From sequence record PP952733.1: a stretch of DNA of 64,000 bases, one strand, 5' to 3'. Positions 41,182 to 51,557 of the stretch are shown piece by piece (position 1 is the first letter of the stretch; each line of letters begins with the position of its first letter). This DNA comes from Escherichia phage vB_EcoM_H12. The translations under genes and the position numbers were made by a program. The notes below the pieces were generated by a model. It was not told the origin of the DNA and did not search any database. It was given only the letters and a program-made list of their open reading frames with translations.

Positions 41182-41727
41182 TCAAAAGTGTCCTTTTACT
41201 TGTGGTGTATAGATATCAAAAGTTGCTTTTCCATCTGCTGATGGTCTTGACTGAATCTTAGCGAAAATTTTACGGTCATGCAACTTGTCAAAGAAGTTCT
41301 CAAAAGGTAGATATACAGTTGCCTCTTCATTAACTTCATGGAAAACTGTATGGAACACTACATCAGCATACGGTAAAGCACTGACAAGGATACCTGAACC
41401 ACCAATTACGAAAACATCTTCTTCAATATTACTGTCAAGATACTTTAAAAATGCTCCAAAAGAGTCTTGATGAGCTTTAGCAAACATAACATCATCTTTA
41501 CTAAAATCTATACCGTAATAAGGCACAGAGTTTGTCAAGATAAGGTTTTCACGTTCAGGTAAAGGGTTACTTCCCAGAGTCTTGAAAGTCTCATTACCCA
41601 TTACTACTAAGTTGTCTTTAGTGAGTCTCTTAAACTCTTGCATATCCTCTTTATGTCGAGGCCACGGCATACCAGTTGGAGTACCAAACTCACCATTTTC
41701 ACCACTTGCAAAGATTAATTTAATCAT
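41182..41727 (-). CDS. dihydrofolate reductase
   Basis: N-terminal IKLIFASGENGEFGTPTGMPWP and GNETF motif; AAGGA RBS; adjacent to thyA. Confidence 0.75.
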   Translation of the reverse strand: MIKLIFASGENGEFGTPTGMPWPRHKEDMQEFKRLTKDNLVVMGNETFKTLGSNPLPERENLILTNSVPYYGIDFSKDDVMFAKAHQDSFGAFLKYLDSNIEEDVFVIGGSGILVSALPYADVVFHTVFHEVNEEATVYLPFENFFDKLHDRKIFAKIQSRPSADGKATFDIYTPQVKGHF

Positions 41728-41984
41728 TTTGTAAATCCTTTCTTAATGAACCAGTTGATAACATTCTTCACAGCTTTATTGCTATGGTAGATTAAGTGTG
41801 GCGTAGGCTGGTATGAACCATAAGCCCAGAAAGCAATAATTTCACTACACCCTGTACACCTTGTACTCTCTTCAGCAATATGACCGTTGACTATTTCACT
41901 TACCTCACCTTGTAAGTCTGTGCATCCACAATGTGGACAACGGATAGGTGCTCCGTCAGACTCATAGCAGTGTTCAATTTTCAT
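41724..41984 (-). CDS. small zinc-ribbon protein (86 aa)
   Basis: CPHCGC ... CTGC cysteine pairs. Confidence 0.45.
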   Translation of the reverse strand: MKIEHCYESDGAPIRCPHCGCTDLQGEVSEIVNGHIAEESTRCTGCSEIIAFWAYGSYQPTPHLIYHSNKAVKNVINWFIKKGFTK

Positions 41985-42500
41985 TTATTTAACCTCAAAA
42001 ACTGGTTCAAGAACCAATATAAAATCTACACAGTCATCTTCTTCATCCAGAATACCATCAAAGTTCTTAGGAACGAAGTCGAAGAGGCTCATAACAAAGC
42101 AGTCAGAAGTAACCCTAATAGTGCCTCCCATATTCTCTACAGTCAACACTGTACGGCTTTCTTTTACCTCTCTCAGAAGATTACTCACAAAGTCATCTAA
42201 GAAGTACTTCATCAGTGACTTAAAGCCTTTAGGGTAATCTGTACCAGAGTATGTTTCAATCTGAGGTACAAGCTTAACATTTATACTGGTCTTTGTTAAG
42301 AATGTGCTAGAGAACATGCTATCAGGTAACTTACAAACAGTCTTTTCAGTACCTTCATGTTCAATCTCAACAAAACCAGCTTCATCGCCACATGTGACTA
42401 TTTTAAAAGATGCTTCATTATCACCCTGTGAAGCCATAAACTTTTTAAGCATCACTTTAAGGAAATCTGCATGAGCATCTTGTAAGTATATATCAATCAT
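41985..42500 (-). CDS. hypothetical protein (171 aa)
   Basis: ORF in track. Confidence 0.5.
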   Translation of the reverse strand: MIDIYLQDAHADFLKVMLKKFMASQGDNEASFKIVTCGDEAGFVEIEHEGTEKTVCKLPDSMFSSTFLTKTSINVKLVPQIETYSGTDYPKGFKSLMKYFLDDFVSNLLREVKESRTVLTVENMGGTIRVTSDCFVMSLFDFVPKNFDGILDEEDDCVDFILVLEPVFEVK

Positions 42501-42513
42501 AATTCATCACCTA

Positions 42514-42873
42514 TTATGGGAACAGACATTTGATGTCATCGTTTTTGAAAACGAAGCTTGTGTAGTTGTGACCGTCAACATCCAGCCAAACAGCCTGAAC
42601 ATCTACACCATCAAGATTGTGGTAAAGCTCTTTGATGAAGTGGTCTTTCACAATCTGGCTGCTAGTTGTCTCCAGCTTAATGTTTGAGATTGCTGAACCT
42701 ACAGCCATATAACCCATGACACGTTTCTTCTCAGTATGCTTAATCTTACCATCTTTGTAAGCCATAATGAGATTGGAAAGAATCTTCACACCATAATACT
42801 TTTCAAGGTGAGTAGGTACACCATAAAAGCCTAATGCGAAATTTTCAGAGTGGATAATGTTTTCACGTTTCAT
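42514..42873 (-). CDS. hypothetical protein (119 aa)
   Basis: ORF in track. Confidence 0.5.
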   Translation of the reverse strand: MKRENIIHSENFALGFYGVPTHLEKYYGVKILSNLIMAYKDGKIKHTEKKRVMGYMAVGSAISNIKLETTSSQIVKDHFIKELYHNLDGVDVQAVWLDVDGHNYTSFVFKNDDIKCLFP

Positions 42874-42874
42874 A

Positions 42875-43174
42875 TTAATCTGCCAGCCTTAAATTAAAAT
42901 TAACACCAAATTTTTCGCATACTTCCAACATAAACTCAAGAGAGACATTACCAGTGAGATTGATTATGTTGGATACGCGAGCCTGAGAGATACCACAAAT
43001 TTTAGCAACTTGCTCTTGAGAAAGACCTCTGGATTTAATCTCTCTCTTAAAACGATGTGCAACGAAGTCTCTCATTTCGTCTACATCCATTGGACAAATA
43101 TAATTCTCCATTTCAGCCTCTCTGTCAGCCTCCCAATCATCTTGTGGAGCATAAGGGTCAAAAACCTCATTCAT
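42875..43174 (-). CDS. HTH (XRE-like) transcriptional regulator
   Basis: Helix-turn-helix LSQEQVAKICGISQARVSNIINL; start moved to internal ATG (track start is TTG at 43204). Confidence 0.55.
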   Translation of the reverse strand: MNEVFDPYAPQDDWEADREAEMENYICPMDVDEMRDFVAHRFKREIKSRGLSQEQVAKICGISQARVSNIINLTGNVSLEFMLEVCEKFGVNFNLRLAD

Positions 43175-43379
43175 CTTTCTTCTTCCGTTTTCGTGAAGTG
43201 TCAATCAATGAATCTATGTTTGTAGACCTAACCTTTTCACGTTCATCGTTAAGATAATCGTCAAGAATCTTTTCAATCTGTGAATCATCTTGACAGATAA
43301 CTGTAAAGACTGTAAAGCCGTCTGTATCATCAATTATCTTACCATAACCGCTTCTGGGATGTAACTTTTTAAGAGCCAT
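43167..43379 (-). CDS. hypothetical small protein (70 aa), basic C-terminus
   Basis: ORF in track. Confidence 0.35.
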   Translation of the reverse strand: MALKKLHPRSGYGKIIDDTDGFTVFTVICQDDSQIEKILDDYLNDEREKVRSTNIDSLIDTSRKRKKKDE

Positions 43380-43380
43380 A

Positions 43381-43764
43381 TCAAATACCTGTGCAGCTTC
43401 TGTTTTCTAAGAAATACTCAACACCATACATAGCTTTTTGCATCAAATCTTCTTTAAACTGCATGCGATGATTGAGCATAGCCTGTACATCAATATCATC
43501 AGGGTGCTTCTCTTTAATGTTTGCAGATTGCAGGAAATACTCTGCAAGAACACGATACTGATAGTCAGTTACCTTATCAGTCATCTCTGTTAAAGACTCT
43601 TCAGAGATTGGTTTAAGTAGCTCACCATTAGATAGAGCAACACCTTTAACAATCTGACAAGTGTCTTCTGGAACACCTGATAAGTCCACATTTGGAAGTT
43701 CTGTTGCATTGACTGGTAAATTCATTGCCATAACCATTGCAGCAGCTAATAAAATCTTTTTCAT
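43381..43764 (-). CDS. secreted or periplasmic protein with signal peptide (127 aa)
   Basis: N-terminal MKKILLAAAMVMAMNLPVNA signal-peptide-like sequence. Confidence 0.55.
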   Translation of the reverse strand: MKKILLAAAMVMAMNLPVNATELPNVDLSGVPEDTCQIVKGVALSNGELLKPISEESLTEMTDKVTDYQYRVLAEYFLQSANIKEKHPDDIDVQAMLNHRMQFKEDLMQKAMYGVEYFLENRSCTGI

Positions 43765-43860
43765 AATGACCTCAAAGTTATATTAAATTTTGTATTACAT
43801 TGAGTATAAAAATAAGCTATAACACCTGACTTGTCAACAGATTTTATAGCTTATTTGGCA

Positions 43861-43997
43861 GATTTTTTATAAGGCTACTGCCATCCTTCCATACCTTACC
43901 ACACCAAACCACACCATACCGAGCCACACCCTACCAGACCCTACCAAACCCGACCGAGCATCACTTAAAAATCCTCTTAGAAGACTCTTAAGTGATG
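43861..43997. repeat. ACC-rich intergenic repeat copy 1 with 10-bp inverted repeat
   Basis: GGCTACTGCCATCC then ACC/CCA-rich tract, then CATCACTTAA ... TTAAGTGATG; homologous to 45261-45388. Confidence 0.65.
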
Positions 43998-44009
43998 TAA
44001 TCGAATTTT

Positions 44010-44108
44010 AATGTAGCTCCGATTAACTACCCGCACTTTACCAAACCTCACCCTACCCTACCAGACCTTACCTAACCGCGCCGTACCTCATTAAAAGACC
44101 CTCTTAAA
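44010..44108. repeat. ACC-rich intergenic repeat copy 2 (degenerate)
   Basis: CTACCC..ACCAAACCTCACCCTACCCTACCAGACCTTACC tract similar to copies 1 and 3. Confidence 0.5.
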
Positions 44109-44139
44109 GACCTTTTAAAAAGGAGCCTCCGAAGAGGCT
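44109..44139 (-). terminator. Terminator-like hairpin downstream of 44151..44591
   Basis: AGCCTC-CGAA-GAGGCT with T-run on the minus strand. Confidence 0.5.
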
Positions 44140-44150
44140 ACCTAGTCAAC

Positions 44151-44591
44151 TTAGAAAGGTTTTCTACGTTGCTTATTAATGTTAGCTTTCATAGCAGCTA
44201 AATGGTTTTGCTGTTCAATCAGTCGTGAGCGTTCTTGATGGCTAAGTGCCATAGTGTTCACATTCTCAATCGCTTGAGTGGCTTGCTTTAAAGCTCGACC
44301 AATCTTGCCAGACATTTTACGTTTTGCAATAGTTGCTTGATGCTTAGGTTCAACCACACGATAACCAACACCCATTGAAGCAACCAGATAAATCTTCTCT
44401 TCTTTAAGAAGCTTCTCAATAAACTTCTCAAGTCGGTTTAGACGTGTAAGCGCATAAGCCTTCATTTCATCTTCGTACTTAACAATGTCACCTTGATAAG
44501 TTGGCTTCACAATACCTAAGAATGTGTCCATCTCAGAATGTGATACAGTGTCACCGTAACTAAACTTTGCTGCTAATGCTTTTGTATTCAT
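44151..44591 (-). CDS. hypothetical protein (146 aa)
   Basis: ORF in track; flanked by ACC-rich repeats. Confidence 0.5.
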   Translation of the reverse strand: MNTKALAAKFSYGDTVSHSEMDTFLGIVKPTYQGDIVKYEDEMKAYALTRLNRLEKFIEKLLKEEKIYLVASMGVGYRVVEPKHQATIAKRKMSGKIGRALKQATQAIENVNTMALSHQERSRLIEQQNHLAAMKANINKQRRKPF

Positions 44592-44593
44592 AA

Positions 44594-45199
<606 letters not shown>

Positions 45200-45260
45200 T
45201 TAGTTGATTGTTAAGTTGTTTGTAAAGAACCCTCAACAGAAGACTCTTTAGAAACTTGGT

Positions 45261-45388
45261 AGATTTTTAACGTGGCTACTACCATCCACCCAGACTTTAC
45301 CATACCTCACCAGACCATACCTCACCTGGCCGCGCCTTGCCTTGCCAAACATCACTTAAAAACCCTTTTAAAAGACTCTTAAGTGATG
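45261..45388. repeat. ACC-rich intergenic repeat copy 3 with 10-bp inverted repeat
   Basis: GGCTACTACCATCC then ACC-rich tract, then CATCACTTAA ... TTAAGTGATG; homologous to copy 1. Confidence 0.65.
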
Positions 45389-45442
45389 CTGGTGAGTACC
45401 CGTTGGTTTATGCTGCTCAGTATACTCACCAAATTTTCTATG

Positions 45443-45631
45443 TCAACAACTTTCTAATAAAGTTTTATGAAGATTTTGCTTAACAACCCGCCTCACATGT
45501 CTGTGCTCTTTCTTAATAAAGAGTGACCTCTTCTTGATAGAGCGCCTATTCTTGTAAGTGTTGCTAGGGTATTTATCATGAACCGGACAACAACTACCCG
45601 GTTTTGCAAACTTGATAATCTCTCTTTTCAC
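45443..45631 (-). CDS. small basic protein (62 aa)
   Basis: ORF in track; Lys/Arg-rich. Confidence 0.35.
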   Translation of the reverse strand: MKREIIKFAKPGSCCPVHDKYPSNTYKNRRSIKKRSLFIKKEHRHVRRVVKQNLHKTLLESC

Positions 45632-46734
45632 TATTCATAATCTCGTATAACCAGCCCAACAGGGAACTGTAAAGACCCCTTACGAGTCATCTTCTGGAAC
45701 TGAACCGTTAAAGGCTTCCCGATAAACTCTTCAGGATGCTCAGCAAGATACTGTTTCTTCTCATGAGTAGTCTTCCATGAGACATCTACAAAGACGTTAG
45801 GAAGAGTCTCTACAACGAACTTGCCATGACCACGTTTATCGGTCTTTACACCAGTCACTTTAAACTCTTCAGTGTGCATCTTCTTGTGTTTAATCAAGAA
45901 GTATGAACGGTGACAACACTCGTAGAAGGAGTCTTCAGAGATTGAACGGTACATTGCACCTTCAAACTTAGCTTCAACCCACTTATCATGAGCTTCATCG
46001 AACTCTTCCCAAGAATTTACACGACGAGACTTAACAGGGACAACTTTACAGCCATCTCTAAAGTCATTCAATGGTGAAGTCTCAATAATATCTCTACGCT
46101 CAGGCCACGTCTTAGTACTGTCACAGATATCGTACCAGTAAAACTTGAGCAAGTGTCTGTCAGGATTGTCTTCATTTTTAATCATAGAGACAATATCTTC
46201 TAAGTCCCACCCATGAGCATAAATCTCTCCATCAAATTCATCAACATCTTTGTGGAGCCTTAACATTGCCATAATGTCAGGTATTAGTTCAGTAGGGATT
46301 TTGTAAACAGTATTTTCACGAGAATATGCTGTGAATACACTGCCAATACTTAAGTGCCTTGAAATCCTACAACGGACACCATCAAGTTTCGGTTGAGCAT
46401 CAGCAGGGAACTTCAGATACTTTGCATGACTAACCTTTGCAGCATCATGAGCAAGCTGTACACCTACCTTCTCAGTATTCTGTGCAGACTCTTTTGTGTA
46501 AGCATAACCTTTGCGGTCAACTTGTTTTTTATACTTAGCAGCAACTTCAAAGAGAGCTTGCTGTTCAGCGTTACGCTCGTTCTTTTTACCGATGTTTTTA
46601 GGTTCTGCTGTATACTCTTCAAACATCATCTTGCCATTTTCTTTACCGTAGGTTGTAATAACTTTGTCACCTACAGCGACACATGACCAGACGTTAAAAG
46701 AGCCATCTTTATTTTGTTTGTATAGAGTTGTCAT
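45631..46734 (-). CDS. ATP-dependent DNA ligase
   Basis: KxDG adenylation motif (PKLDGVRC); start moved to internal ATG preceded by GAGGA. Confidence 0.75.
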   Translation of the reverse strand: MTTLYKQNKDGSFNVWSCVAVGDKVITTYGKENGKMMFEEYTAEPKNIGKKNERNAEQQALFEVAAKYKKQVDRKGYAYTKESAQNTEKVGVQLAHDAAKVSHAKYLKFPADAQPKLDGVRCRISRHLSIGSVFTAYSRENTVYKIPTELIPDIMAMLRLHKDVDEFDGEIYAHGWDLEDIVSMIKNEDNPDRHLLKFYWYDICDSTKTWPERRDIIETSPLNDFRDGCKVVPVKSRRVNSWEEFDEAHDKWVEAKFEGAMYRSISEDSFYECCHRSYFLIKHKKMHTEEFKVTGVKTDKRGHGKFVVETLPNVFVDVSWKTTHEKKQYLAEHPEEFIGKPLTVQFQKMTRKGSLQFPVGLVIRDYE

Positions 46735-46735
46735 T

Positions 46736-46927
46736 TTATTCCTCTGAGTGATACCAAGTATTGCAAGCATTACATGCGTAAAGCTCTAAGTCATTTTTAT
46801 CTGGTTTATGAAAACAGTTTGCTCCGCAGTGGCAACGAAATGGCTTTCCATCAACTGTAAGGATGAAGGATTGAACCTTTCCATCAGGAGTTCGTACAGC
46901 ATTTTTATGCTTATCTTCTTTGTTCAT
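46736..46927 (-). CDS. small zinc-finger protein (63 aa)
   Basis: CHC ... C ... CNAC cysteine/histidine pattern. Confidence 0.4.
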   Translation of the reverse strand: MNKEDKHKNAVRTPDGKVQSFILTVDGKPFRCHCGANCFHKPDKNDLELYACNACNTWYHSEE

Positions 46928-47083
46928 TTTATCTCTTGCCTTTGTCAGATTTCATATATGACATGTTACTACGCCTTTTAATGAAATGCACAACGCATTT
47001 TGGTGTATTTTTTGCATCTTTGATGTGCAACCTTTCGAAACTGCGCACTGTGAAGGTTGCATCTGTCATTGTTTGCTTAGGTT

Positions 47084-47290
47084 TCATTTTCTCTTACCAC
47101 CAATCTCTACGTCGATAACTTGAACATCACCAGCAACATCAAACTTATGGATGATGCTTTCCACAGTGTAAGTCCAACCCTCGATGCGAACCAACTCACC
47201 TTCTCGTGGGATGATTGGGTTACGTTGAGCTACGGTTGTAGTGGAGTGAACAACATCATAACAATAGATATAGTTTACTAGGACTTCCAT
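47084..47290 (-). CDS. hypothetical protein (about 68 aa; start adjusted)
   Basis: Track ORF 47084..47389 overlaps the lipoprotein gene; internal ATG with GAGG RBS avoids the overlap. Confidence 0.4.
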   Translation of the reverse strand: MEVLVNYIYCYDVVHSTTTVAQRNPIIPREGELVRIEGWTYTVESIIHKFDVAGDVQVIDVEIGGKRK

Positions 47291-47300
47291 CGTGAAAACC

Positions 47301-47558
47301 TCACTCAATAACCGTAGTGTGTGATTGACCATTTTTCCCATAACTATAAGATGTTGTTGTTTGAGAGTTTGGACATCTGACAACAACAATATCTCTGCTT
47401 ATGGCATCACCATGTAACTTATAGACTTTGCAATCTTGCATCTCTGGTGGGAGGCTATAAGAAGCGTTTTTGTCCTCGTAAGAGGGGTTGCAGCCAGATA
47501 GAAAAATTACTCCAAGTGCAACCATTGCTTTCACACAACTCTTAACCTTATTGTTCAC
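47301..47558 (-). CDS. putative lipoprotein (85 aa)
   Basis: Signal peptide with lipobox (ALGVIFLSGC), small Cys-containing mature domain. Confidence 0.55.
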   Translation of the reverse strand: MNNKVKSCVKAMVALGVIFLSGCNPSYEDKNASYSLPPEMQDCKVYKLHGDAISRDIVVVRCPNSQTTTSYSYGKNGQSHTTVIE

Positions 47559-47690
47559 GATAGTCTACCTCTCTGTATGTTTTTAAATAGTGAGTAATGA
47601 GTTCTGGTAATTCACTACGTTTAACGTTTGAACGAAGAAGTGTCCAGTCAAAACCTTTACCAACCCTTCCCCAGAGACTGTACATTTTCT

Positions 47691-47924
47691 TCATAGCAAC
47701 TCCAGAATATCAATACGTTCACCTTTAAGTACTCCAGTACGGTCTTTTGCAATCTTACCGTCAACGATAAGGATGTGTGTAGACCTTAAAGCGTCGTTGT
47801 TAAAGGTTTTTACGAACTTACTAGGCATGACTACAATGGACATCTCCTGAATTAACTCTGGAGTGTAGCAGTTATCATGAAGTTGCTGAATAACGTCTGC
47901 AAGTGTCATTTTTGATGTCTCCAA
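47691..47924 (-). CDS. hypothetical protein (77 aa)
   Basis: ORF in track. Confidence 0.45.
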   Translation of the reverse strand: METSKMTLADVIQQLHDNCYTPELIQEMSIVVMPSKFVKTFNNDALRSTHILIVDGKIAKDRTGVLKGERIDILELL

Positions 47925-48115
47925 TATTCAATATCTACAAGTTCTTGTGCAATGCTTTTCAGATTACCTTTCAAGAAAACCTTCTCAGAACCTGAAAGAG
48001 ATGAATTGTCAATCAACCTGTTTATTCTCTCAAACAACTTCTGCTTACGATTCTTGATAGTTTCCTTTGAAGCACCTTTCATCATTGCTGCATGGGTTCT
48101 TCCACGGTGGCTCAT
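47906..48115 (-). CDS. hypothetical basic protein (69 aa)
   Basis: ORF in track. Confidence 0.4.
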   Translation of the reverse strand: MSHRGRTHAAMMKGASKETIKNRKQKLFERINRLIDNSSLSGSEKVFLKGNLKSIAQELVDIEYWRHQK

Positions 48116-48176
48116 AATCGCTCCTATATAAGATATTGTATAAGGTACTCTTCCATGAGCACCTTGTCAATACTAA

Positions 48177-50876
48177 TTAGTGAACCTCAAGCCAGCTTTT
48201 ACCAACCTTACCAGTACCTGTAACAAGTGTTTCTTTCTTAAGACCTAAGTTCTTAGAAGCTTGTCCATAATACCAGTCAGTAACTGCTTTCACTTCTGCC
48301 GTCATACTTTCTGGACATTCCCAGCTTGTTTCATCGTGATATGCGCAGAGCAAACGAGCACCAATAGCTGGTTGACGACCATTCAACTTCATCAAACCTT
48401 CGTCAATCATACGACGACAAGCAAGGTTAATTGCCTCGTTTTGAATCTGAGCCTCCGAACCCATAAGCAAATAATTCAATAGCTTATGTGGAGATTTACA
48501 CCATAACCAAGCTCCAGCAACCTTTACAAAACCCCCTTTAGAGATTGCAGCAGTCTTACCAAACACCTCTTCAAGTGCCTTTTTAGTCGCTTTGTAGTCA
48601 GCTTCCAAGTCATCTAGCAGCTTCTTAATTTTAGGCAAACGAATAAAGTAAGTCTGTTTAGTCAGTGCACCTTCCTGAGTAGTTGCAGCCTTAATTGTCT
48701 TAGCAAACTTCTCATCACCTGCACCGAACAGTAGTGCATAGATACCATTCTTAGCTTTCTTACGACCCTTACTAATCTCATGAAGAAGATTCTCATCCTG
48801 AGTAGCTCGACAAGTCAAGATATCCTGCTCATCATTCAAGCTAAAGTAAATACTGTTCAGTGTGTGTGCATCAGTCCCTGAATAGACAACGTAAAGGTCG
48901 TTCTCAGAGTCATAGTGAAGGTACTTATCAACCTCTGGGTTGAGGTACTCATCAAAGTGTTTGCAGTAATAGCGTCCATCTTCTTGACGAATAAACTCAA
49001 TCTCTTCTTTACCTTGCGTTACCGCTTTGGTGAAGTCTTTGTCACCCATAAAGTTACAAAGAAGAACTAGCTGGGCTGAGTTCATGTCTACAGAGACAAC
49101 GTTAGTACCTTCTTCACAAATCCACACTGCCCTCATTGGTTCCCCATAGACAGCAGCACCAGACGGTACGTTTACAATACCATACTGTGTCATACGTCCA
49201 GTTGAAGTACCAAACACCATTGCACCAGCACTAAGGCGACCATCTGGACGAATCTGGTTCAACCAACCTTTTTCATCATCCTTTGAGTTCTCAATAGTTC
49301 TGCGTCTGTGCATCAAAGTATAGTACTTAGCAATCTTCTGTCCAAGCTCACCTTCAATCGTATCATAAGATGATTCAGTAAGTTTTGGTGAAGTACGGAT
49401 TAAGCAAGGCTCAAGCAAATCTGTGTACTTCTTCACAGACCAGTTATGTTCAATGTACTGGACACCTTCATGTTCAACATAACTCAAACCACACCGTTCC
49501 ACCATCTCATCCCACTTAGGATGTTTTGTAATCATCTTTTTGTTGTCTTTGAAACGACAAACCTTAACAGGACGACCATCTGAGTCTTTCTTGTAGTTCC
49601 AGTCATCTGGAATCCAACCAACTGATTTCAAGTAGTCTTTAACAACTGCTACCTGAGTCATACGAGAAACTTCGAACTCAATTGGTGTATATGGTGCATC
49701 AATCAAACCTGTGTAGCGACTTGACTCAAGTTCAAAGTGGTTAACAACATGACTGTTATAGTACTTCACAGTTTTAACTGTTTTTACTGGCTTCCAGTCT
49801 TTACACTTCTTACCAATCTTTGCATTCAACTCATTGCAAATTGCACGAGCATCCTTCATTGCTACAAAGCCTTCCTTGTACTCTTCGCCAGTTACAGAGT
49901 TGGTTGGTGTATAGCAATTCCGCTTTTCAATGTTAAAAATCTTTGTAGTTGGCTTACCAAATGGCTTGATTTCATATGTCTGCATCTCACCGTTACGTAC
50001 CTGCTGACGATACTTTGTCTTAGGGTACTTGGTAATTCTCTTCAGTCCATCTGCATGACCGAATGCTTCAACATACTCATTCCAAGCTTTTGCAAATTCT
50101 TCTCCAGTGACTTTACCTTTGGTCTTAATAGTTGGAGGAAGATGTGGTTCAACTTCTGAAGCAAGCTCATTAGTCAACTTGTCAAGTTCCTTTACATGGA
50201 ACTCCATAAGTTCTTTATCAGCTTTCCAACCATTGATAGCTTGTTGACTCATCCAGAAAGATGTTTCTTTAGCTCGCATGTAGGTTTCATAAGTATCTAC
50301 GCCACACTTCTTCAGCTTGAGATATTCATTATCCAGTGCGCGTTTAGTTTTGGCGTTAATACGAATATCTTCTACAACACGAGTGAAGATTTCTGCATTC
50401 CACACACCCCAATGTTCAATCTCTGGTTTACGTACACCAACACGAGCACCCCATGCTGCCAAGCCATGAGCGCCTTTATAGCCTTTTGGAGTTGGTCTAT
50501 CCATCCACTGAACACGAGACTGGATAAGAGAATCCTGAAAGAAATTACTCCACGGCTTACACTTTGGATTATCAAAGTTCCACAAATCAGGTGCAATGTG
50601 ATTGAAAACCCACCAGTCATATCCCAGACCATTATGGATGCAAAGTCGTTTTGCCTTTAACGCAAACTCAACACCTTCACGCAAGCCACCCTTAATGTAC
50701 TTGGTATACTTGTGACCGAGGATAGGTTCATCTGTAAAGACCCATACAGGCGGCTCTTCATCGTCAGATTTATAGTCTGCGAAAGCCATTACGTGCACTT
50801 TAGTGAACTCAAGGAGTAAACCATCAGTTTCTGTATCACCAACTAAATGTAAGTTTTTAAAATCTACGTTTTCCAT
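48177..50876 (-). CDS. DNA polymerase, family A, with 3'-5' exonuclease domain
   Basis: Exo I motif HLVGDTETDGL near N-terminus; about 900 aa; start moved to internal ATG preceded by GAGGGA. Confidence 0.85.
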   Translation of the reverse strand: MENVDFKNLHLVGDTETDGLLLEFTKVHVMAFADYKSDDEEPPVWVFTDEPILGHKYTKYIKGGLREGVEFALKAKRLCIHNGLGYDWWVFNHIAPDLWNFDNPKCKPWSNFFQDSLIQSRVQWMDRPTPKGYKGAHGLAAWGARVGVRKPEIEHWGVWNAEIFTRVVEDIRINAKTKRALDNEYLKLKKCGVDTYETYMRAKETSFWMSQQAINGWKADKELMEFHVKELDKLTNELASEVEPHLPPTIKTKGKVTGEEFAKAWNEYVEAFGHADGLKRITKYPKTKYRQQVRNGEMQTYEIKPFGKPTTKIFNIEKRNCYTPTNSVTGEEYKEGFVAMKDARAICNELNAKIGKKCKDWKPVKTVKTVKYYNSHVVNHFELESSRYTGLIDAPYTPIEFEVSRMTQVAVVKDYLKSVGWIPDDWNYKKDSDGRPVKVCRFKDNKKMITKHPKWDEMVERCGLSYVEHEGVQYIEHNWSVKKYTDLLEPCLIRTSPKLTESSYDTIEGELGQKIAKYYTLMHRRRTIENSKDDEKGWLNQIRPDGRLSAGAMVFGTSTGRMTQYGIVNVPSGAAVYGEPMRAVWICEEGTNVVSVDMNSAQLVLLCNFMGDKDFTKAVTQGKEEIEFIRQEDGRYYCKHFDEYLNPEVDKYLHYDSENDLYVVYSGTDAHTLNSIYFSLNDEQDILTCRATQDENLLHEISKGRKKAKNGIYALLFGAGDEKFAKTIKAATTQEGALTKQTYFIRLPKIKKLLDDLEADYKATKKALEEVFGKTAAISKGGFVKVAGAWLWCKSPHKLLNYLLMGSEAQIQNEAINLACRRMIDEGLMKLNGRQPAIGARLLCAYHDETSWECPESMTAEVKAVTDWYYGQASKNLGLKKETLVTGTGKVGKSWLEVH

Positions 50877-50935
50877 TTTTACTCCCTCTAAAATCATTAA
50901 CCTCATACATTACTGCAAAAAATTATAAAAAGCAA

Positions 50936-50960
50936 GTTGACAATGTACTTGACAAGGTGT
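50936..50960 (+). promoter_or_regulatory. Conserved 25-bp promoter-like element GTTGACAATGTACTTGACAAGGTGT at second divergent junction
   Basis: One mismatch relative to the element at 8904-8928; two TTGACA boxes. Confidence 0.55.
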
Positions 50961-51071
50961 TAATCTTTGCGAAGTGGGTTTTTACTTAAAAGGTTACTTA
51001 ACAGTTTAACTATACAGATACTTTAAAACTCTTAAAAGATTATTTAATAGCTTTTAAAAAGCTTTAAAGTA

Positions 51072-51090
51072 TAACGTATAGAATACGTTA
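51072..51090. promoter_or_regulatory. Palindrome TAACGTA-TAGAA-TACGTTA, operator-like
   Basis: Perfect 7-bp inverted repeat 45 bp upstream of the first gene of the rightward block. Confidence 0.4.
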
Positions 51091-51133
51091 AGATAAAAGA
51101 TTAAAACTTAATAGTTACTTAAAAGAGGCTTAC

Positions 51134-51556
51134 ATGCAGAAAATGTTTGTTCACCCAGACATAGCTGACTTTGTTAGGGCTTTGCAGAAGTTGGAAGAAC
51201 TTGACATTGCTGCTCAACGGGAATATGCTCACCATCACAGGAGAATGGTTGATATACAACATGAAATAGAGTTGTCTGAAAACTATGAAGATGACTTAAA
51301 ATGCTCTGTATTTGAGCATATGAAAGATGTTGCTACAGCGAGACGTAAAGCTAAAGATACAGTTGCTTTACTAGATTCTCTTAAAAAGAGGTTGCAAAGT
51401 GGTACAGACCTGTGTAATCTAGCGTCACTGATTAACGATGTTGAAACTTCTTGGGATAGACATTACTATCCACGTTCTGAAAAGGCACTTGACTTTTCTT
51501 CATCAGAAAACTTAAAATATTCTAGAAAGAAACTTAACCAACTGAGAGAGAAATAA
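51134..51556 (+). CDS. hypothetical protein (140 aa)
   Basis: AAGAGG RBS; ORF in track. Confidence 0.5.
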   Translation: MQKMFVHPDIADFVRALQKLEELDIAAQREYAHHHRRMVDIQHEIELSENYEDDLKCSVFEHMKDVATARRKAKDTVALLDSLKKRLQSGTDLCNLASLINDVETSWDRHYYPRSEKALDFSSSENLKYSRKKLNQLREK

Positions 51557-51557
51557 T

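Noticed and set aside
50907-51133. Clear minus-strand promoter for the DNA polymerase gene
   Set aside because: Reverse-complement -35 and -10 candidates have unsuitable spacing (8 or 20 bp); no confident call
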